Shown: in pieces, positions 17,486-32,800 of the stretch
Layout: each line of letters opens with the position of its first letter
Position numbering within the stretch: the stretch's first letter is position 1
Source of the DNA: an uncultured virus (IMG/VR IMGVR_UViG_3300044535_000365)
Lineage: Duplodnaviria; Heunggongvirae; Uroviricota; Caudoviricetes
IMG/VR virus record: IMGVR_UViG_3300044535_000365
Strand: one strand, 5' to 3'
DNA length: 64,000 bases
Program-made: the position numbers and the translations under genes
Notes under the pieces: generated by a model
Told to the model about the DNA's origin: nothing
Database searches by the model: none
What the model saw: the letters and a program-made list of their open reading frames with translations, nothing else

Positions 17486-20400
17486 ATGGCAACATCATCT
17501 AGACAAAGCGGACTTTTTGGAGTCAATGACTGGAAGCAGATTTACCAGACATTCAGAGAAGCGGATTTTAGAAGCTATGACTATGAAACTCTTAGAAAGA
17601 GTTTTATAGACTATTTGCAATTATATTATCCTGAAACTTTTAACGACTATATTGAAAGTTCAGAGTTTATTGCTCTGCTTGACGTTATGGCTTATATGGG
17701 TCAGGGTCTTGCTTTTAGAAACGACTTAAACTCTCGTGAAAACTTTATTGACACTGCTGAACGCAGAGACTCAGTAATCAAGTTAGCAAACTTAGTAAGC
17801 TATACTCCTAAAAGAAACTTAGCCGCTCAAGGTTATTTGAAAGTTACTAGTATCCAAACTACACAAAATCTTTTAGACATCAATGGTGTTAATTTAAATA
17901 ATATACCTATACTTTGGAATGACCCAGCAAATCCAAATTGGTTAGAACAATTCAACACTATTATCAATGCTACTCTAGTTGATACTCAACGCATAGGTAG
18001 ACCGGGTAATTCTACTGACATAGTGAATGTAACAACAAACGAATATTCAATAAAAATTCCTGATAATAGTTTGCCCATTGCTCCGTTTACTTCTTCAGTA
18101 GATGGACAGAACATGAGTTTTGAGTTAGTATCTGTAACTAGTTTAGGTGAAGATTATATATACGAAATTCCACCTGACCCTAGTAGTAGATTTAACATTT
18201 TATATCGTAATGACAAGTTGGGATACGGTAGTCCTGAAACTGGATTCTTTTTCTACTTCAAACAAGGGACACTACAAAACTTTGATTTTAATTTAGAACA
18301 ACAAATATCAAATCAAACAGTAGATATAGGTAGTATTCAAGGTGTTAATAATACAGACACGTGGTTATATCAGTTAAACAATAACAATGGTGATAGAACA
18401 CTTTGGAGAAAAGTTGACAACGTTTATGCAGACGCATACCTACAAACAGAGTTTTCTGACAAAAAAATATTTTCAGTAAATTCTAGATTTAACGATCAAG
18501 TTACTTATATTTTCGGTGATGGCGTATTTTCTGAAGTACCGGTAGGATTATTTAGAGCATATGTACGTTCTAGTAACGCTCAAACATATGTAATTGACCC
18601 GTCAGAAATGCAAGGCATTACGGTAGCGTTTACTTATGTGAATCGTCAAGGAAGAAATGAAACACTAACATTGGGATTAGAGTTACCACTTGCTGTATCT
18701 AACGCGCAAGTTAGAGAGCCTTTATCAGAAATTAAACAACGAGCACCTACTCGTTATTACACGCAAAACAGAATGGTAAACGGTGAAGACTACAACAACT
18801 TCCCTTATACTCTTTATAGTTCTATTATAAAAAGTAAAGCAATTAATCGTAGTTCAGTGGGTATTTCTAAAAACTTTGACTTATTAGACCCAACAGGAAA
18901 ATATTCAAGTACTAATTCGTTTGGTTCAGATGGTGCTCTTTATCAAAACGATACTGACGGATTTTTAGAACTTACTATAGATAACATAAGTGATATTATT
19001 GCATTCTTTAATAATACACTTGCGTCTGTTCTTGCAGAAAATAAAGCTAATCAGTATTACATTCAGAATTATCCTAGATATACTATTACAAATACACAAG
19101 TAGCTCCTAACAACACTTGGGTATATTGGCAAACTAGTTCAGTAGATGCTTCTAGTGAATCAGGATATTTTTATAACATATCTGGTAGTAATAATACTCC
19201 CGCTTCGTTGGGAACCTTTACTACTACTAATGCAAAGTATGTTACTACTGGATCAATTTTAAGATTTCGTGCACCGTCAGGATTTTACTATGATGCCAAC
19301 AATAGATTGGTAGCAGGGATCCCCGCAAATTCTGAACAATATTTTATTTGGACTACTGTATTAAACGTTATAGGAGACGGTAGTAATAACGGCGAAGGTG
19401 GTTTCGCTAATGGAACAGGACCCGTAACACTAAACGGATATGTTCCTTCAGGATCAATATTAGTTAGCGTTATACCTGTTTTTGACAACTCATTATCTGC
19501 TACTTTAATTAATGAGTGTGTAGTTCGTATGGAACTTGAACAGAATTTTACATTAGTATTCAATAACGCCCTTACTATAAATCAAGAAAGATGGACTATT
19601 AGACCTATAACCGACGAGAATTATTTTGTTAAATTTCAAAGTATGGGATCAGGTAGATATACTGTTACACTTAAGTCATTAACTTATTACTTTGGTAGTG
19701 TTGCGGATACTAGATTTACGTTTGCACGAGATGAGTTAGTATACGATCCGTTTACTGGAAAAATTATTCAAGACTTTATTAATGTTTTACAAGTAAATTC
19801 TCAGCCTAATTCTTCACAAAGTTTAGGTAAAGATGTAAAAGTTAATATTTTAGGACAAACTGTTCAATCCGACGGTTATGTAGATGATTTCCAAGTTGAA
19901 ATTGCGGCTACTGATGTTAATAACAGTCAGTTAATCTTAAATCCAGATTTCTTTCAGCAAATTACTGGTTACGATAATACGGGTTCAAATATAGGAATAT
20001 ATGTTTTCTTTAGATTAATTCAAGATGCTATTAATTTATCAAGAGAAGTTATTGTTCCTTCTACTGACGTTGTGTATCAATTTGCTACTAAAACTCAAGT
20101 AGAAGTTGTAAAATATGATTATCCTCTAGGACAATTATTTTATGCATATACAGAGAATAAGTTTTACAAATCAGTACAAGATCAAACGGTAACTATACCT
20201 TCATATGTATTAGTAGAACAACTTGAATACTCAGTAAAACCGGGTAGACAAGGATTGTCTTTTCAATACAGACATAATTCTAATAATACTACTAGAATAG
20301 ATCCAGCTACTACTAATATTATTGATCTTTATGTAGTTACGCAATCTTATTATACTGCGTATCAAAATTGGATTCAAGATTCAACTAACACAATACCTAT

Positions 20401-20872
20401 GCCAGATATGCCAACGATCAATCAACTAAATCAAGAGTACTCACAAGTTCAGAATTTCAAAATGTTGTCGGATTCTGTGGTGTTAAATAGTGTTGTATTC
20501 AAACCGTTATTTGGTCCTAAAGCAGAACCTGCGCTAAGAGCCACAATAAAGGTAATTAAACAAAGTAAAACTAATGCTAGTGATAGTGAAATCAGAAGTG
20601 CAGTATTAACAGCAATGAATGAGTATTTTAATATTAACAATTGGAATTTTGGAGATACGTTCTTTTTCTCAGAACTAAGTGCATATCTACATGCTGAATG
20701 CGGAGAATTAATAAGTTCTGCTGTATTAGTACCAAATGATCCTAGCAAGCGTTTTGGTGATTTATACGAAATAAAGTGCATGCCTTATGAGATTTTTGCA
20801 AATGGGGCAGTAGCAAATGATGTATTGGTAGTAGCGGCATTAACTCCCGCTGAGTTACAAATTGGTAGGTAA
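17486..20872 (+). CDS. gp6: Baseplate wedge protein (T4 gp6-like)
   Basis: DYETLRKS..DY, ENFIDTAERRDSV..LA..VSY.PKR, FGDGVF and TQNRMVNGEDY motifs. Confidence 0.85.
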   Translation: MATSSRQSGLFGVNDWKQIYQTFREADFRSYDYETLRKSFIDYLQLYYPETFNDYIESSEFIALLDVMAYMGQGLAFRNDLNSRENFIDTAERRDSVIKLANLVSYTPKRNLAAQGYLKVTSIQTTQNLLDINGVNLNNIPILWNDPANPNWLEQFNTIINATLVDTQRIGRPGNSTDIVNVTTNEYSIKIPDNSLPIAPFTSSVDGQNMSFELVSVTSLGEDYIYEIPPDPSSRFNILYRNDKLGYGSPETGFFFYFKQGTLQNFDFNLEQQISNQTVDIGSIQGVNNTDTWLYQLNNNNGDRTLWRKVDNVYADAYLQTEFSDKKIFSVNSRFNDQVTYIFGDGVFSEVPVGLFRAYVRSSNAQTYVIDPSEMQGITVAFTYVNRQGRNETLTLGLELPLAVSNAQVREPLSEIKQRAPTRYYTQNRMVNGEDYNNFPYTLYSSIIKSKAINRSSVGISKNFDLLDPTGKYSSTNSFGSDGALYQNDTDGFLELTIDNISDIIAFFNNTLASVLAENKANQYYIQNYPRYTITNTQVAPNNTWVYWQTSSVDASSESGYFYNISGSNNTPASLGTFTTTNAKYVTTGSILRFRAPSGFYYDANNRLVAGIPANSEQYFIWTTVLNVIGDGSNNGEGGFANGTGPVTLNGYVPSGSILVSVIPVFDNSLSATLINECVVRMELEQNFTLVFNNALTINQERWTIRPITDENYFVKFQSMGSGRYTVTLKSLTYYFGSVADTRFTFARDELVYDPFTGKIIQDFINVLQVNSQPNSSQSLGKDVKVNILGQTVQSDGYVDDFQVEIAATDVNNSQLILNPDFFQQITGYDNTGSNIGIYVFFRLIQDAINLSREVIVPSTDVVYQFATKTQVEVVKYDYPLGQLFYAYTENKFYKSVQDQTVTIPSYVLVEQLEYSVKPGRQGLSFQYRHNSNNTTRIDPATTNIIDLYVVTQSYYTAYQNWIQDSTNTIPMPDMPTINQLNQEYSQVQNFKMLSDSVVLNSVVFKPLFGPKAEPALRATIKVIKQSKTNASDSEIRSAVLTAMNEYFNINNWNFGDTFFFSELSAYLHAECGELISSAVLVPNDPSKRFGDLYEIKCMPYEIFANGAVANDVLVVAALTPAELQIGR

Positions 20873-20881
20873 TCATTAAAA

Positions 20882-23800
20882 ATGACAAGAATAAGAACTC
20901 TTAATTTTCTTCCCGAAATTTTTCAAACAAAAACCAACACTGAGTTTTTGTCAGCAACACTAGACCAGCTAGTAAATCCTCCTATCACAAAAAAGATACA
21001 AGGATATATTGGTAGTAAAGTAGGTTATGGTGTTAATGCTAATGATTATTATGTAACAGAACCAAATAAAACAAGAACAGACTATCAACTAGATCCCGGT
21101 GTTGTATTTACAAAAACTAATCAGTCAACTGCTCAAGATTTTATTAGCTATCCCGGTATTTTAGATGCACTAGAATTGCAGGGAGGAATTACTAATAATA
21201 ATTCAAGACTGTTTGAAAGTCAGATTTATTCATGGGATTCATTTACTGATTTTGACAAAATAGTAAATTACAATCAATATTACTGGATACCTACTGGTCC
21301 TCCCGCAGTAACTGTGTCTTCTGCACTAGTCTATTCAACCAATGATTATATAGTTACTGATTTAGCTAATGGTTATAATATAAGAGAACTGGGAGCTTCT
21401 GCTGGCAGTACCAATCCTACTATCACTTTATTAAGAGGTGGTTCGTATAGATTTACAGTAAATCAGCCATCACAGTTTTGGATACAAGGAGAACCCGGTG
21501 TATCAGGATTCAGTCCTACTCAACCTAATTTGCCGGTACGAGATGTATATGGTGTTAGTAATAACGGAGCTACTCAGGGTGTAGTTACTTTTACAGTACC
21601 TAGTAAAGATGCACAAGATGAGTTTATATTCCCCGGTAACAACTTAGTTGATGTGATAAGCACACTACCATTTGAAGATGTCAACGGTGCTCCGTTGTCA
21701 GCATTAGGGTCAATTGATAGTATTACTTCATTGAACAACTTACGTGTTATGTTTTATGACACAGGTGTAGTTAATGAGATTGGTTATATTTCTGCATACT
21801 ACGATGAAACTTCATTTGATACGAATGATAATGCATTAGTAGCTCCTTTAGTAGTTACAATAGGAAGTTCTAATTCATCAACTGATAGATTTACTTTATC
21901 AACTGGAAATACTAGTCAGCTAGTAGTTAACAATACTATTACATTTAACAATCCAGTATTTGGTGGAGTAACAGCAGGTACAATTTATTATATTAAAAGT
22001 GTAGACAGTTCTACGGAATTTACTATTTCTGATACATTAGGTGGAGCAACTTTTCCGCTTACTACTGATAGCGGAACAATGACCGCTAACGCAAATCAAG
22101 GATTGTATGAAGAAGGGTTCTATACAACAGTTAGTGAAAACTTTTACAGAATTACTTATGTAGTAGATCCCTCAGATCCTACAAATCCAATTATAAGATT
22201 AATACCAGACGGTTTAATACCAACTGAACAAAAAATAACAGCTACGTACGGCTCAACTTGGATTGACAGACAATTTTATAGAAATACGCTAGGTGTTGTT
22301 TCTTTAGTACCTTATATTACTGCACCGCTTGATCAGCTTTACTATCAAGATGGTACTTCTGCAAACAAAGTAGGTATTATTAGAATAATTGAAAATAATA
22401 CCACGAATACTATAAATGTAGAAACTGATATTTTAGGTAAAAAGAATTACACTTCAACAAATGGTGTTGTGTTTACTAATGGACTAAAAGTAGAATTTGA
22501 CGGTGACGTTATCCCGTCAAGATACTTATCCGGACAATATTACGTAGAAGGTGTAGGTTCGGCAATAGAACTAATTTCAGTTGAAACATTAGTATCACCT
22601 GAAGATTTTACTACAAGTACCTTTGTCCCGTTTGATACTACTCCGTTTGATTTATCAAACTTTGATAGTGATTTGTTTATACCAACAGATTTAGATTATA
22701 TTACTATTGCTAGAAACGCAATAAACAAAAATGCTTGGTCTAGAAGCAACAGATGGTTTCATTCGCAAGTAATTAATCAAACTGCGATTTATAATAATAA
22801 TCCATCAATAGTTACTGAATTCGCTAAAGCAGAAAATAAAGCAAGAAGACCTATTATTGAATTTTATCCTAATTTAGGATTATTCAACTCAGGTACTCGT
22901 GGCAAAGATGCAGTAGATTTCATTGATCAAAGAACAACTGATGCACTATCGCAAATTGCAGGATTAAACAATTATTTTCCTGATGTAGAAGTATATACAG
23001 AAAATACAGTATCTATAGCATCTGTTGTAGGAACATCAACTACTATTACTATTCCTACTGCTGATATTGTAGGAACGTTCCAAGTTGGGCAGTATATTAG
23101 TGATTACTTAGATATTTTACCTAACAACACACAAATTACAAATATAACCATAGCAGGTAATAACACTGTATTAACAGTGTCTTGGGCCGTATCACAATCT
23201 GTTGGCTCAGCTACTAGTGTAGCCGTTATTGCAACAGACACTACAGTTAATAATTACTCTATATTCTCTGGAGCAAGAATTATATTTGCAGCAGACACGG
23301 ATGTGAATGTACGCAATAAAATATATGTTGTTGCACTTTCTCAATTATCCCCATCATCAGTACCGGTTATTACATTAACTGAAGCTCAGGATGGTTTGTG
23401 TGAAGAAAATGATCAAGCAGTTATTACTAGAGGATATAATAATCAAGGTAATACTTATTATTTTAGTAACGATAATTGGATCACAGCACAAGAAAAAGTT
23501 ACTGTAAATCAAGCACCGTTATTTGATGTATTTGATGAAAACGGTATAAGTTTTAGCGATCCAACAATTTATCAAGGTACTTCTTTTGCCGGCTGTACAT
23601 TATTTTCTTATGGCATAGGCTCTGGAACCGATGATCCTATTTTAGGATTTCCTATAAGATACAGTGCTATTGATAATGTAGGTGATATTAGTTTTGATGT
23701 TTCGTTAAACACTGATACATTTGATTATGTTACTGGAACTACTCCTATAACTCAAAAAGTTAACACAGGTTATGTGTTTAATTATGATGACAGAACTGAA

Positions 23801-26800
23801 TATACTAGAGAATTAGGTTGGCAAACCGCGGTAGCACCTAGTGCGCAGTATCAAGTATTTCAATTTACATATCTAAAGGATAATCCTAGTACAACATTTG
23901 TATGCGACATTGCTGCTATATCTGAAGTAGAAGGTCAAGATTCTTGGACTAGTGTACAGGTGTACATAAACAATGCTTGCCAGTGCGTAAGTGAATATTC
24001 ATACACTATTACTGCAAATTCTACGATCATTGAATTATTAGACGTTTCTGAATTGGATAGTGATACACCAATTGAAGTTTTAATATTAAGTAACCAAGTT
24101 AGTAATCAAGCATATTATACAATACCTGTTAACTTAAGTAACAATCCATTTAACCAAGACTTAGAAACAGTTAACGTTGGTGATATTAGATTACAATACA
24201 GAGACATTTATGTAAATGCTCCCGGTATGTTAGGTCAAGTATTTGGATCAAACAATTATAGAGACTTAGGTAACTTAGTTCCATATGGAACTAACATAAT
24301 TCAAAATAGTGCTTCTTTAGTATTACCCGGCACATTCTTGCGTAAAACAAATCACAACTTGTTTGATGCGTTACAATTTAATAGCAACGAATACACTAAG
24401 TTTAAAAATCTATTAGTAGATACTATTAATAATGCAGAATATGTACAACGATACACGCCTTCAGAAATACTAGATCAAGCTATTGATATTATTACTGCGG
24501 CTAAAAGTGAGTCACAAGCGTTCTTTTGGAGCGACATGTTACCTGCTAAGTCACCATTAAGAAGCAACACTTATACTTTTGCAAACAATTTAGATACAAG
24601 CATTTATCCGTTAACTACAACATATAACTTTGCTACTGCTAACTATAATGGTGTTATTGTTTATTTGTCAAGAATAATAAGCAGTGTAACTATACAGAAA
24701 CAATTGATTATTAATCAAGACTATGTTATAAGTCAAGATGCTCCGTCACTAACTGTTACGTTAGACTTGATTGCGGGTGACAAGATTACTATTAAAGAAT
24801 ATAATCAAACTTATGGTAGTTATGTTCCTAACACACCAACAAAATTAGGTTTATATCCTGCTTATACTCCTCAAGTAGTGTTAGACACTGCTTATACTCA
24901 ACCAACATATTTTATTAAAGGACACGATGGTTCTTATAATAAGTTATACGGATCTTATAACACTAATTTGGGTGTTCTAGAAGACTTTAGAGATCAGGGC
25001 TTATTAGAATTTGAAACAAGAATTTATAACAACTTAAAATTAAGCAGCACTGTACCTATTCAAACATATGAAGTGCTACCGGGATTCTTTAGAGATACCG
25101 ACTATACATATAGCGAATTCTTGCAAATGTATAGTGAAAGTTTCTTAAACTGGGTAGGGCAAAACAGATTAAATTACAAAACTCAGGTTTTTTCTAAAGT
25201 AAATGAATTTACTTACAATTACACCAATGCAGCTAACAAATTAACTAATACACCGATTGAGCAAGGTTATTGGAGAGGTGTGTATCAATACTTTTATGAT
25301 ACTACAACCCCTAATGCTACGCCATGGGAAATGTTAGGTTTTACTGATCAACCAACTTGGTGGACAGAAAGATATGGTCCTGCGCCTTATACTAGTGATA
25401 ACTTAATTCTTTGGAATGATTTAGAACAGGGTGTAATTTGGAATGACGGAGTACCTATTACAGTTGAAACAGTTGCTCGTCCTGGCTTAACTAATATCAT
25501 TCCAGTAGACAGTGCAGGTAATTTAGTTTCTCCGTTTGTTGCAATAGTAGGAAACTACAACCCTAATACATTCCAAAGAGATTGGAAAGTGGGTGATGAT
25601 GCCCCGGTTGAATTAAGCTATCGTAGAAGCTCAGCATATCCTTTTGATCTGATGAGAATATTTGCATTAATGAAACCTGCTAACTTCTTTAACTTGGGAG
25701 TAGATGTAGACAACTACAAATATAACTTAGAGTTTAATCAATACTTGGTAAACAACAGAAGTCATTTAGTAATAAGTGATGTTGAAATCTATGGTTCAGG
25801 TACTGCAAAAACAAGTTATATTAACTGGATAGTTGATTACGAAAAGCAAATAGGAATAAATGCTACTGAAAATATTACTAACTTACTTGATAACCTTGAT
25901 GTAAGATTAATTTATCGTTTGGCTGGGTATAGCGATAAAAACTTGCTAAAGTTCTATGTAGAAAAAGGAACTCCAAACAGTAGAAACGCATCATTGTTAA
26001 TTCCAGACGAAAGTTATTCATTGCTTCTTTATGATAATCAACCGTTTGATAGAATTGTATACTCAGGAGTTGTAATACAAATAACACAGGATGGTTATAC
26101 TGTATTTGGTAATTCACAAACTAATGCATACTTTAAAGTATTGAAGCCAGTAAACAATGGTAAATACAATAACATTCAAGTTGAAGATGCTCAGGTAAAA
26201 GTTGCAGTTGATTATACTGCTAACGAATTATTAATTCCTTATGGTGCTAAGTTTTATAGCGAACAAGAAGTAGCACAGTTCTTGTCTAGTTACGGTGCAT
26301 ATCTAACTTCACAAGGTATGATATTCAACGATGTCTTAGGTGGAATAGAAGTTAACTGGGATCAAATGATCAGTGAATTCTTATACTGGTCACAAACTGG
26401 CTGGGAAGTAGGAAGTATTCTTTTATTAAATCCATCTGCTCAAACATTGAAAATTGACAAAGAAAGTTCAATTGTTCAACCGCTTACTGTACAAAATACT
26501 AATTTTGTATTGAATCAAAACTTGTATCCAATACAAGCAAAAGACTTAAGCGTGTTTAGAAACGGTACTGAGTTTAGTGTTACCGCACTTAATCAAGGTG
26601 ACACTGTTTCTTATGGACAGTTTAATTTAAGTAACTTTGAACATGCTGTGGTATTTGATAATACTACATTGTTTAATGATACTATATACAATTTAATTAC
26701 TGGGTTAAGACAAAACAGAATATATGTAAGAGGAACTAAAACCGCTGAATGGAACGGAACTATTACCGCTTCAGGATTTATATTAAATCAAGACAACATA

Positions 26801-29800
26801 AAAGAATGGTCAAGAGCAGTCAAGTACACTAAAGGATCAATTGTACTTTATAAAAACAAATACTGGACTGCATTAAAAGTAATTGAGCCTAGCAATATTT
26901 TCAATGAAAGAGATTGGAAAGAAACCGATTACGATCAAATTCAAAAAGGATTATTACCTAACTCTTCAACTAGATCATATGAAAGTGCGTTATATTATGA
27001 CACTAACAAAGCTAACTTAGAAAACGATGCAGACCTATTAGGATTCTCACTGATAGGTTACAGACCTCGTGACTACATGGCATTAGTAGACTTAACTGAT
27101 ATTACTCAGATTAACGTTTATCAAAACTTGATTAAAAACAAAGGTACTCGTAATGCGATAGAAGCATTTAGAGGAGCTACCTTACCGCAAGGTGGTATTG
27201 AATATGAAGTCTATGAAAACTGGGCTATTAAAAGCGGTGAGTTTGGTGGACTATTAAACAAAAACTTTGTAGATTTTAAAATCAACGAACAATATCTAAC
27301 AGGTAATCCATCAATTGTTAGCTTGACTAACGGTGTTTATACTCCGGGTTCTCAACAAGAAGTGCCTATATATAGTTTGTTCAATTATGCTAGACCTATT
27401 GACTCTCCTAATATTTTAAGTACTATTGATCCTTCTACTCCAACACAAGTATATCCTGATGCTGGATATGTAAACTTTGATGATGTTAAAATGTCTTCTT
27501 ATTTCTATTCAGGGTTACCAGTAGCAAGAGATAAAAATAATGAGCCTGTACTTATTAATGATTTTTATGTAAGAGACTACGCTTGGTTAGCTAACTATCT
27601 AGGAAACTGGGATGTATTAGCTTGGACATCTGTTGGTAGAGTAATAGCAGTAAGAAGTAATCTAAACAATACTGCTACAATAACATTTGCTCAACCTCAC
27701 GGTTTAGTAAGACTGCAACCTCTGTCTATTATAAACTATGCAACAAACGTAGACGGATATTACATAGTAGCTAACATAGTTAACTTGAATGAAGTGATTA
27801 TTAACTTACCGGTAGCTACTGAAATTGCAAGCACTGGTCAAGGTATTGGTTTAACATTCCAATCACAAAGAGTAAGCAATCCTGCTAGTATTAATAACCT
27901 ACCGCTACTGGATACAGAGTTTGTAAAAAATACTGTATGGGTAGACGAAAGCACTGACGGTAGTTGGGCTGTATATAGAAAGAGTTTGAACTATCAGTAT
28001 AATAATGAAGTAACAAAAACTAACAGCACTACATTTGGTAGCGCAGTTGCGTACACTGATCAAGCAGGGTATTTAATAAGCGATGCTAGTGCAGGCGAAG
28101 TTTATCGTTACGCTCAAGATTCTGCTAACAATTACTTTATCGTAGAAACACTAACCGGCGGAACATCATTTGGTTCTAAGATCGTTTATGCAGGAAACAC
28201 TTATGTAATTTCTGAACCTACTACTGCTTCAGAAGTTCATGTATATGTAATTAATGATAGTCAGTTGTCAGACGATTTTGTTCTTTATCAAACAATCGCT
28301 GCACCCGGCGGAGTAACAGATTGGGGTAGCGAACTAGCTATTTCCGGAGACCAAAATTGGTTATATATTTCTGATATTGCAAACGATAAGGTACATGTTT
28401 ATCAGAAACAAAACATATTGCTTAATGCAGGATATTTTGTTTCCGGACAAACTTATGTTATCACTGACTTAGGTACTACTGACTTTACATTAATTGGTGC
28501 GATTGAAAGCAAAGTAGGTATCACGTTTGTTGCAACAGGAGTAGGTACCGGCACCGGTGCAGCAACTCAGATCACTTACAAAGCGTCAACAATAATCAAC
28601 GGAGTAGCTTTAAGCTTAGTATCATCAACTGATAAGTTTAGCAAGTCTATTACTACAAACTACTATGGTGATGTGATGGTAGTGGGCGCTCCTGATAAAG
28701 ACTATGATGGCAACATTGCTAACTGGGGAAGTGCTTTTGCATTTTCTAGAGCAGTTCAAAATATTGAAGTTCAGTTTAATACAATAGGACAAACTTTCCA
28801 ATTAGCATGGACACCTATAACAGTATCACGAACAGTAAGTGCTACTAATGCCACAGGAAACTTGATCACATTAAACAGTGTATCTGGAATAGCAGTTAAT
28901 GATCCTATTATCTTTAGCGGTACTGGTTTACTTGGTACCGGTATTCAAGGAAATAGTGTTTACTACATAAGAAGTATTGCAGGATCTGATATAACAATAA
29001 AAACTTCAAGATCATCTATTACTCCTGAGGCAATATCTACCGTAGGATCTGTTTCTAACGTAACTGCTACCGTGCAAACCTCACCATTATACGTATCTAG
29101 AAACGGCGTAATAGTTCAAGATAACAACTATGGTGTGATAGGTAGTACGTTCGTTTACTCAGGTACATTGACAGCAGGTGATATTATCACAGTAAGCGAT
29201 AGTAAGTTTACTTACGCGCAGACCTTTACATCAAATTATAATAATAGAGTAGGCACTCAGTTTGGTTATTCACTTGATACTATTCAATCAGGTTCTGAAA
29301 TATTAATAGGATCTCCTTTTGAAATTAGTGACGAAAACCAAGAAGGTGCTGTTTATAGATTTACAAATGCTGGAGCAAAATTTGGTTTAGTAACTGGAGT
29401 AAACGAATGTAATGTTACTGCTGTTCGTCCTTTACTAATTAACGGATACTTTGTTAACGTGCCAATAGGAAACGCAACAGTTGTAGCTAATGCTATTAAT
29501 TCTGCTAATATTACTAACATTCAAGCAGCGGCTACTGTAGATAATAAACTAATGATTCAAGTTATTAATACTGATCTAACTCAGGTTAATCAGAAACTAA
29601 TAATAACAGCGGTTGATACCACTACATTAACTGAACTAGGTATTGAAATATATACTAACACACAAGTTATTAACTGCCCGCATGAATTTGGACCTACTCA
29701 GTTTGGATCAGTAGTTCAATTCAACGAATATGATTCTGTAGTGATTAGCGCACCAGTAGCTACTCGTTATGAAGGTACTACGTTTGATTTTATTGATGAC

Positions 29801-32800
29801 GAAGATTTTACAAACGATACTATTTTTGACAACAACGCTACACAGTTTATAGATACTGCACCAAATGCCGGCGCAGTTTATATGTTTGATTACATTTCAA
29901 ACTATAACGAGAACTTAACTAATATCGGTGAGTTTGTTTATGCACAGTCTGTAAACAGCAAAGACATAGTATACGGTTTCAATCCACTTTATGGCACTGC
30001 TTTAGATTTCAACAGCAATGTAGTAATGATAGGCACACCTAACTTCTTACCAGACTCAGTAGACGGTCAAGTAACTATTTACGAAAATGAATCAGGTATT
30101 AAAGACTGGTCAATATACAGAAATTCTGCGCCTATAGTAAACATTGATAGCATCCAGAATGCACAACTCTTTAGTGCTGAAACAAATAACACATTGATAA
30201 ATCTTGATTACATTGATCCATTACAGGGTAAACTATTAGGATCTGTAAGACAAAACATAAACTATGTTACTTCAATTGACCCTGCTAATTATAACAGTGA
30301 TGAGATTTTTGATCCTCAGTCAGGGTTAATTTGGGGCCCTGAAAAAGTTGGTAAAGTATGGTTTGATACTACTAATGTTCGTTTTGTAAATTACCATCAA
30401 AATGACTTAGTATACAACAGCAAATATTGGGGAACAGTATTTCCTGGTAGTGATGTTGCTGTTTATACTTGGGTAGTAAGTAATGTTTCTCCTAGAGATT
30501 ATCAAGGCCCCGGCACACCAAAAGATAGCACTAGATATACTGTTTCTAGTATAATAGATTCTTCTAATATAGTTACTCCTGTTTATTATTTCTGGGTAAG
30601 AAATTCAAATATAATCTTTAGAGAAGAAGGAAAAACATTATCTGATACAATACTTGAATCTTACATCAGCAATCCTAAGAATTCTGGTATCGCATTTTTT
30701 GCTCCGCTAAGAGATAATTCATTTGCTCTTTATAACTGTGCTGAATATATTAATGCAAATGATAGCGTATTCCATATAGGGTATGCTAATGGTACAAATG
30801 ATGATGAAGCACACTCAGAATATACATTAATTAAAGAAGATTTTGCTGATGACTTTTTACCTGGACTACCTAAATTAGGAAGCAACGCAGAACCTATAGG
30901 TCTTTATGATAGACTGTTAGACAGTTTGGCTGGAGTAGATGAAGAAGGAAGCGTAGTACCTAACCCGTACTTACCAAAAGCAGTTCAGTCTGGTGTATTA
31001 GCTAGACCAAGACAAAGTTTCTTTTACAATCGTTACCTAGCATTAAAGAATTACTTAACATATGCTAATGAAGTATTAGCTCAGTATCCGATCAGTGAAA
31101 TTAGACCTGACATATCTTTATTGTTTGCTCAAGGAGAATTTTACAATACACCAGACTACTGGCAGTATATTAACTGGTGGACAACTGGATACGACAACAA
31201 CACTAAGTCAGCTATACAAGTTCCATTGTACGCCGATCTGTCTACCTTATCTGTAGCAACAGACACTATTGTTACTGTAGAAAACAATGGTAGCGGTAAG
31301 TTTGAAGTTTACAGATATGATGGAAACAGCATTTGGACTCGTATCGGTTTAGAAAATGGAACTATTGAATTTAACTTGACTCTTTGGGATTATGCTGAAG
31401 CAAGACTTGGATTTGGTGATAACTTCTTTGATACTAGTTCATATGATGAATATCCAAGTGAAGAAACTAGATATATCATTCGCGCATTGAACGAACAAAT
31501 TTATATTGATGAATTATTGTTGTTTAGAAACAAAGGATTGATATTATTATTTGACTACATTCAAAGTGAAAGTACTGAATCTCAAAACTATTTACCTTGG
31601 TTAAACAAAACTTCATTAGTAGATGTGGCTCATACTATAAGAGAATTGAAACCAATAGAAGTGTTTCAAACTGATAATCAAGACTTTTTAGCAGGATACA
31701 TTAACGAAGTTAAACCTTATCATGTGGTTGTAAAAGAGTTTGTATTTAAGTATACAGGAATAGACACATTTGATGGTAATATTACAGACTTTGATTTGCC
31801 TGCTCAGTATGATAAATCAGTAAATCAGTTTATTACTCCTTCATTAGTATATTCTAATCCTAATCAAGATAATGAATACGTAGATACTGACGATATTTGG
31901 CAAACTGCTCCATACACACAATGGTTTCAAAATAAGGGAGTAAGCTTAACCGGTGAAAGTAATTATGAGATCACTACATTAGTTTCTTACATGACTTTGG
32001 GTTCATCGTTTATGTTTGTAGACAATGCTCAAGGATTCCCAATCAATGGTACAATTAGAATAGGTAACGAAGAAATAGCTTACTCTTCAGTTGACAGAGC
32101 ACTTAACTTAGTTTCAGGACTACAAAGAGGACTAAACGGAACAGCTATTTCTCAACATTTCCCTAATGAAAAAATCTTTATTGATTTACCTGAAGTAATT
32201 GTTCTAAATGGAGGAAAAGGTTATGTTGATCCTCCTAGAGTAACTGCATACGTTGATCTTGATTTGTATCCTGCTCCTACTACAGAAGCAGTATTTGAAG
32301 CAGTAATGAGTTTAGATTCAGTTTTAAGTATTAACGTAATAGATCCTGGTCAGGGATATATGGTTCTTCCTGAAATTAGAATAGATCCTTCAGTAGTAAT
32401 ATCATTTACTAATGCTGATATTAACTCAACATTACACACAATAAGAGTTTATGGTCCTAACTTAGCTACCGGAGACTTAGTACTGTTTAAACAAAGTGAT
32501 GCTGGGGTCGGTCGTTTAGCTAATAATCAATGGTACTATATCAATGTATTAGAAACAACACCAACTGCTATAGTTGCGTTTTACTCTAACTACAGTGACG
32601 CTATAAATGATACAAACAGAATACAAATATCTGATATCGGAACAGATGATCAGTTAACTATTAGTTTAGGAGCAAAAGCCTCTGCGATCACTTCTGCGTC
32701 TCCTATTAGAGAAAATAATATCACACTAAGATTTGATAGAACAACTTATACTTCACAAGTACAAGATTGGAGAGCAGGCACATATTACGGATCATTCTTT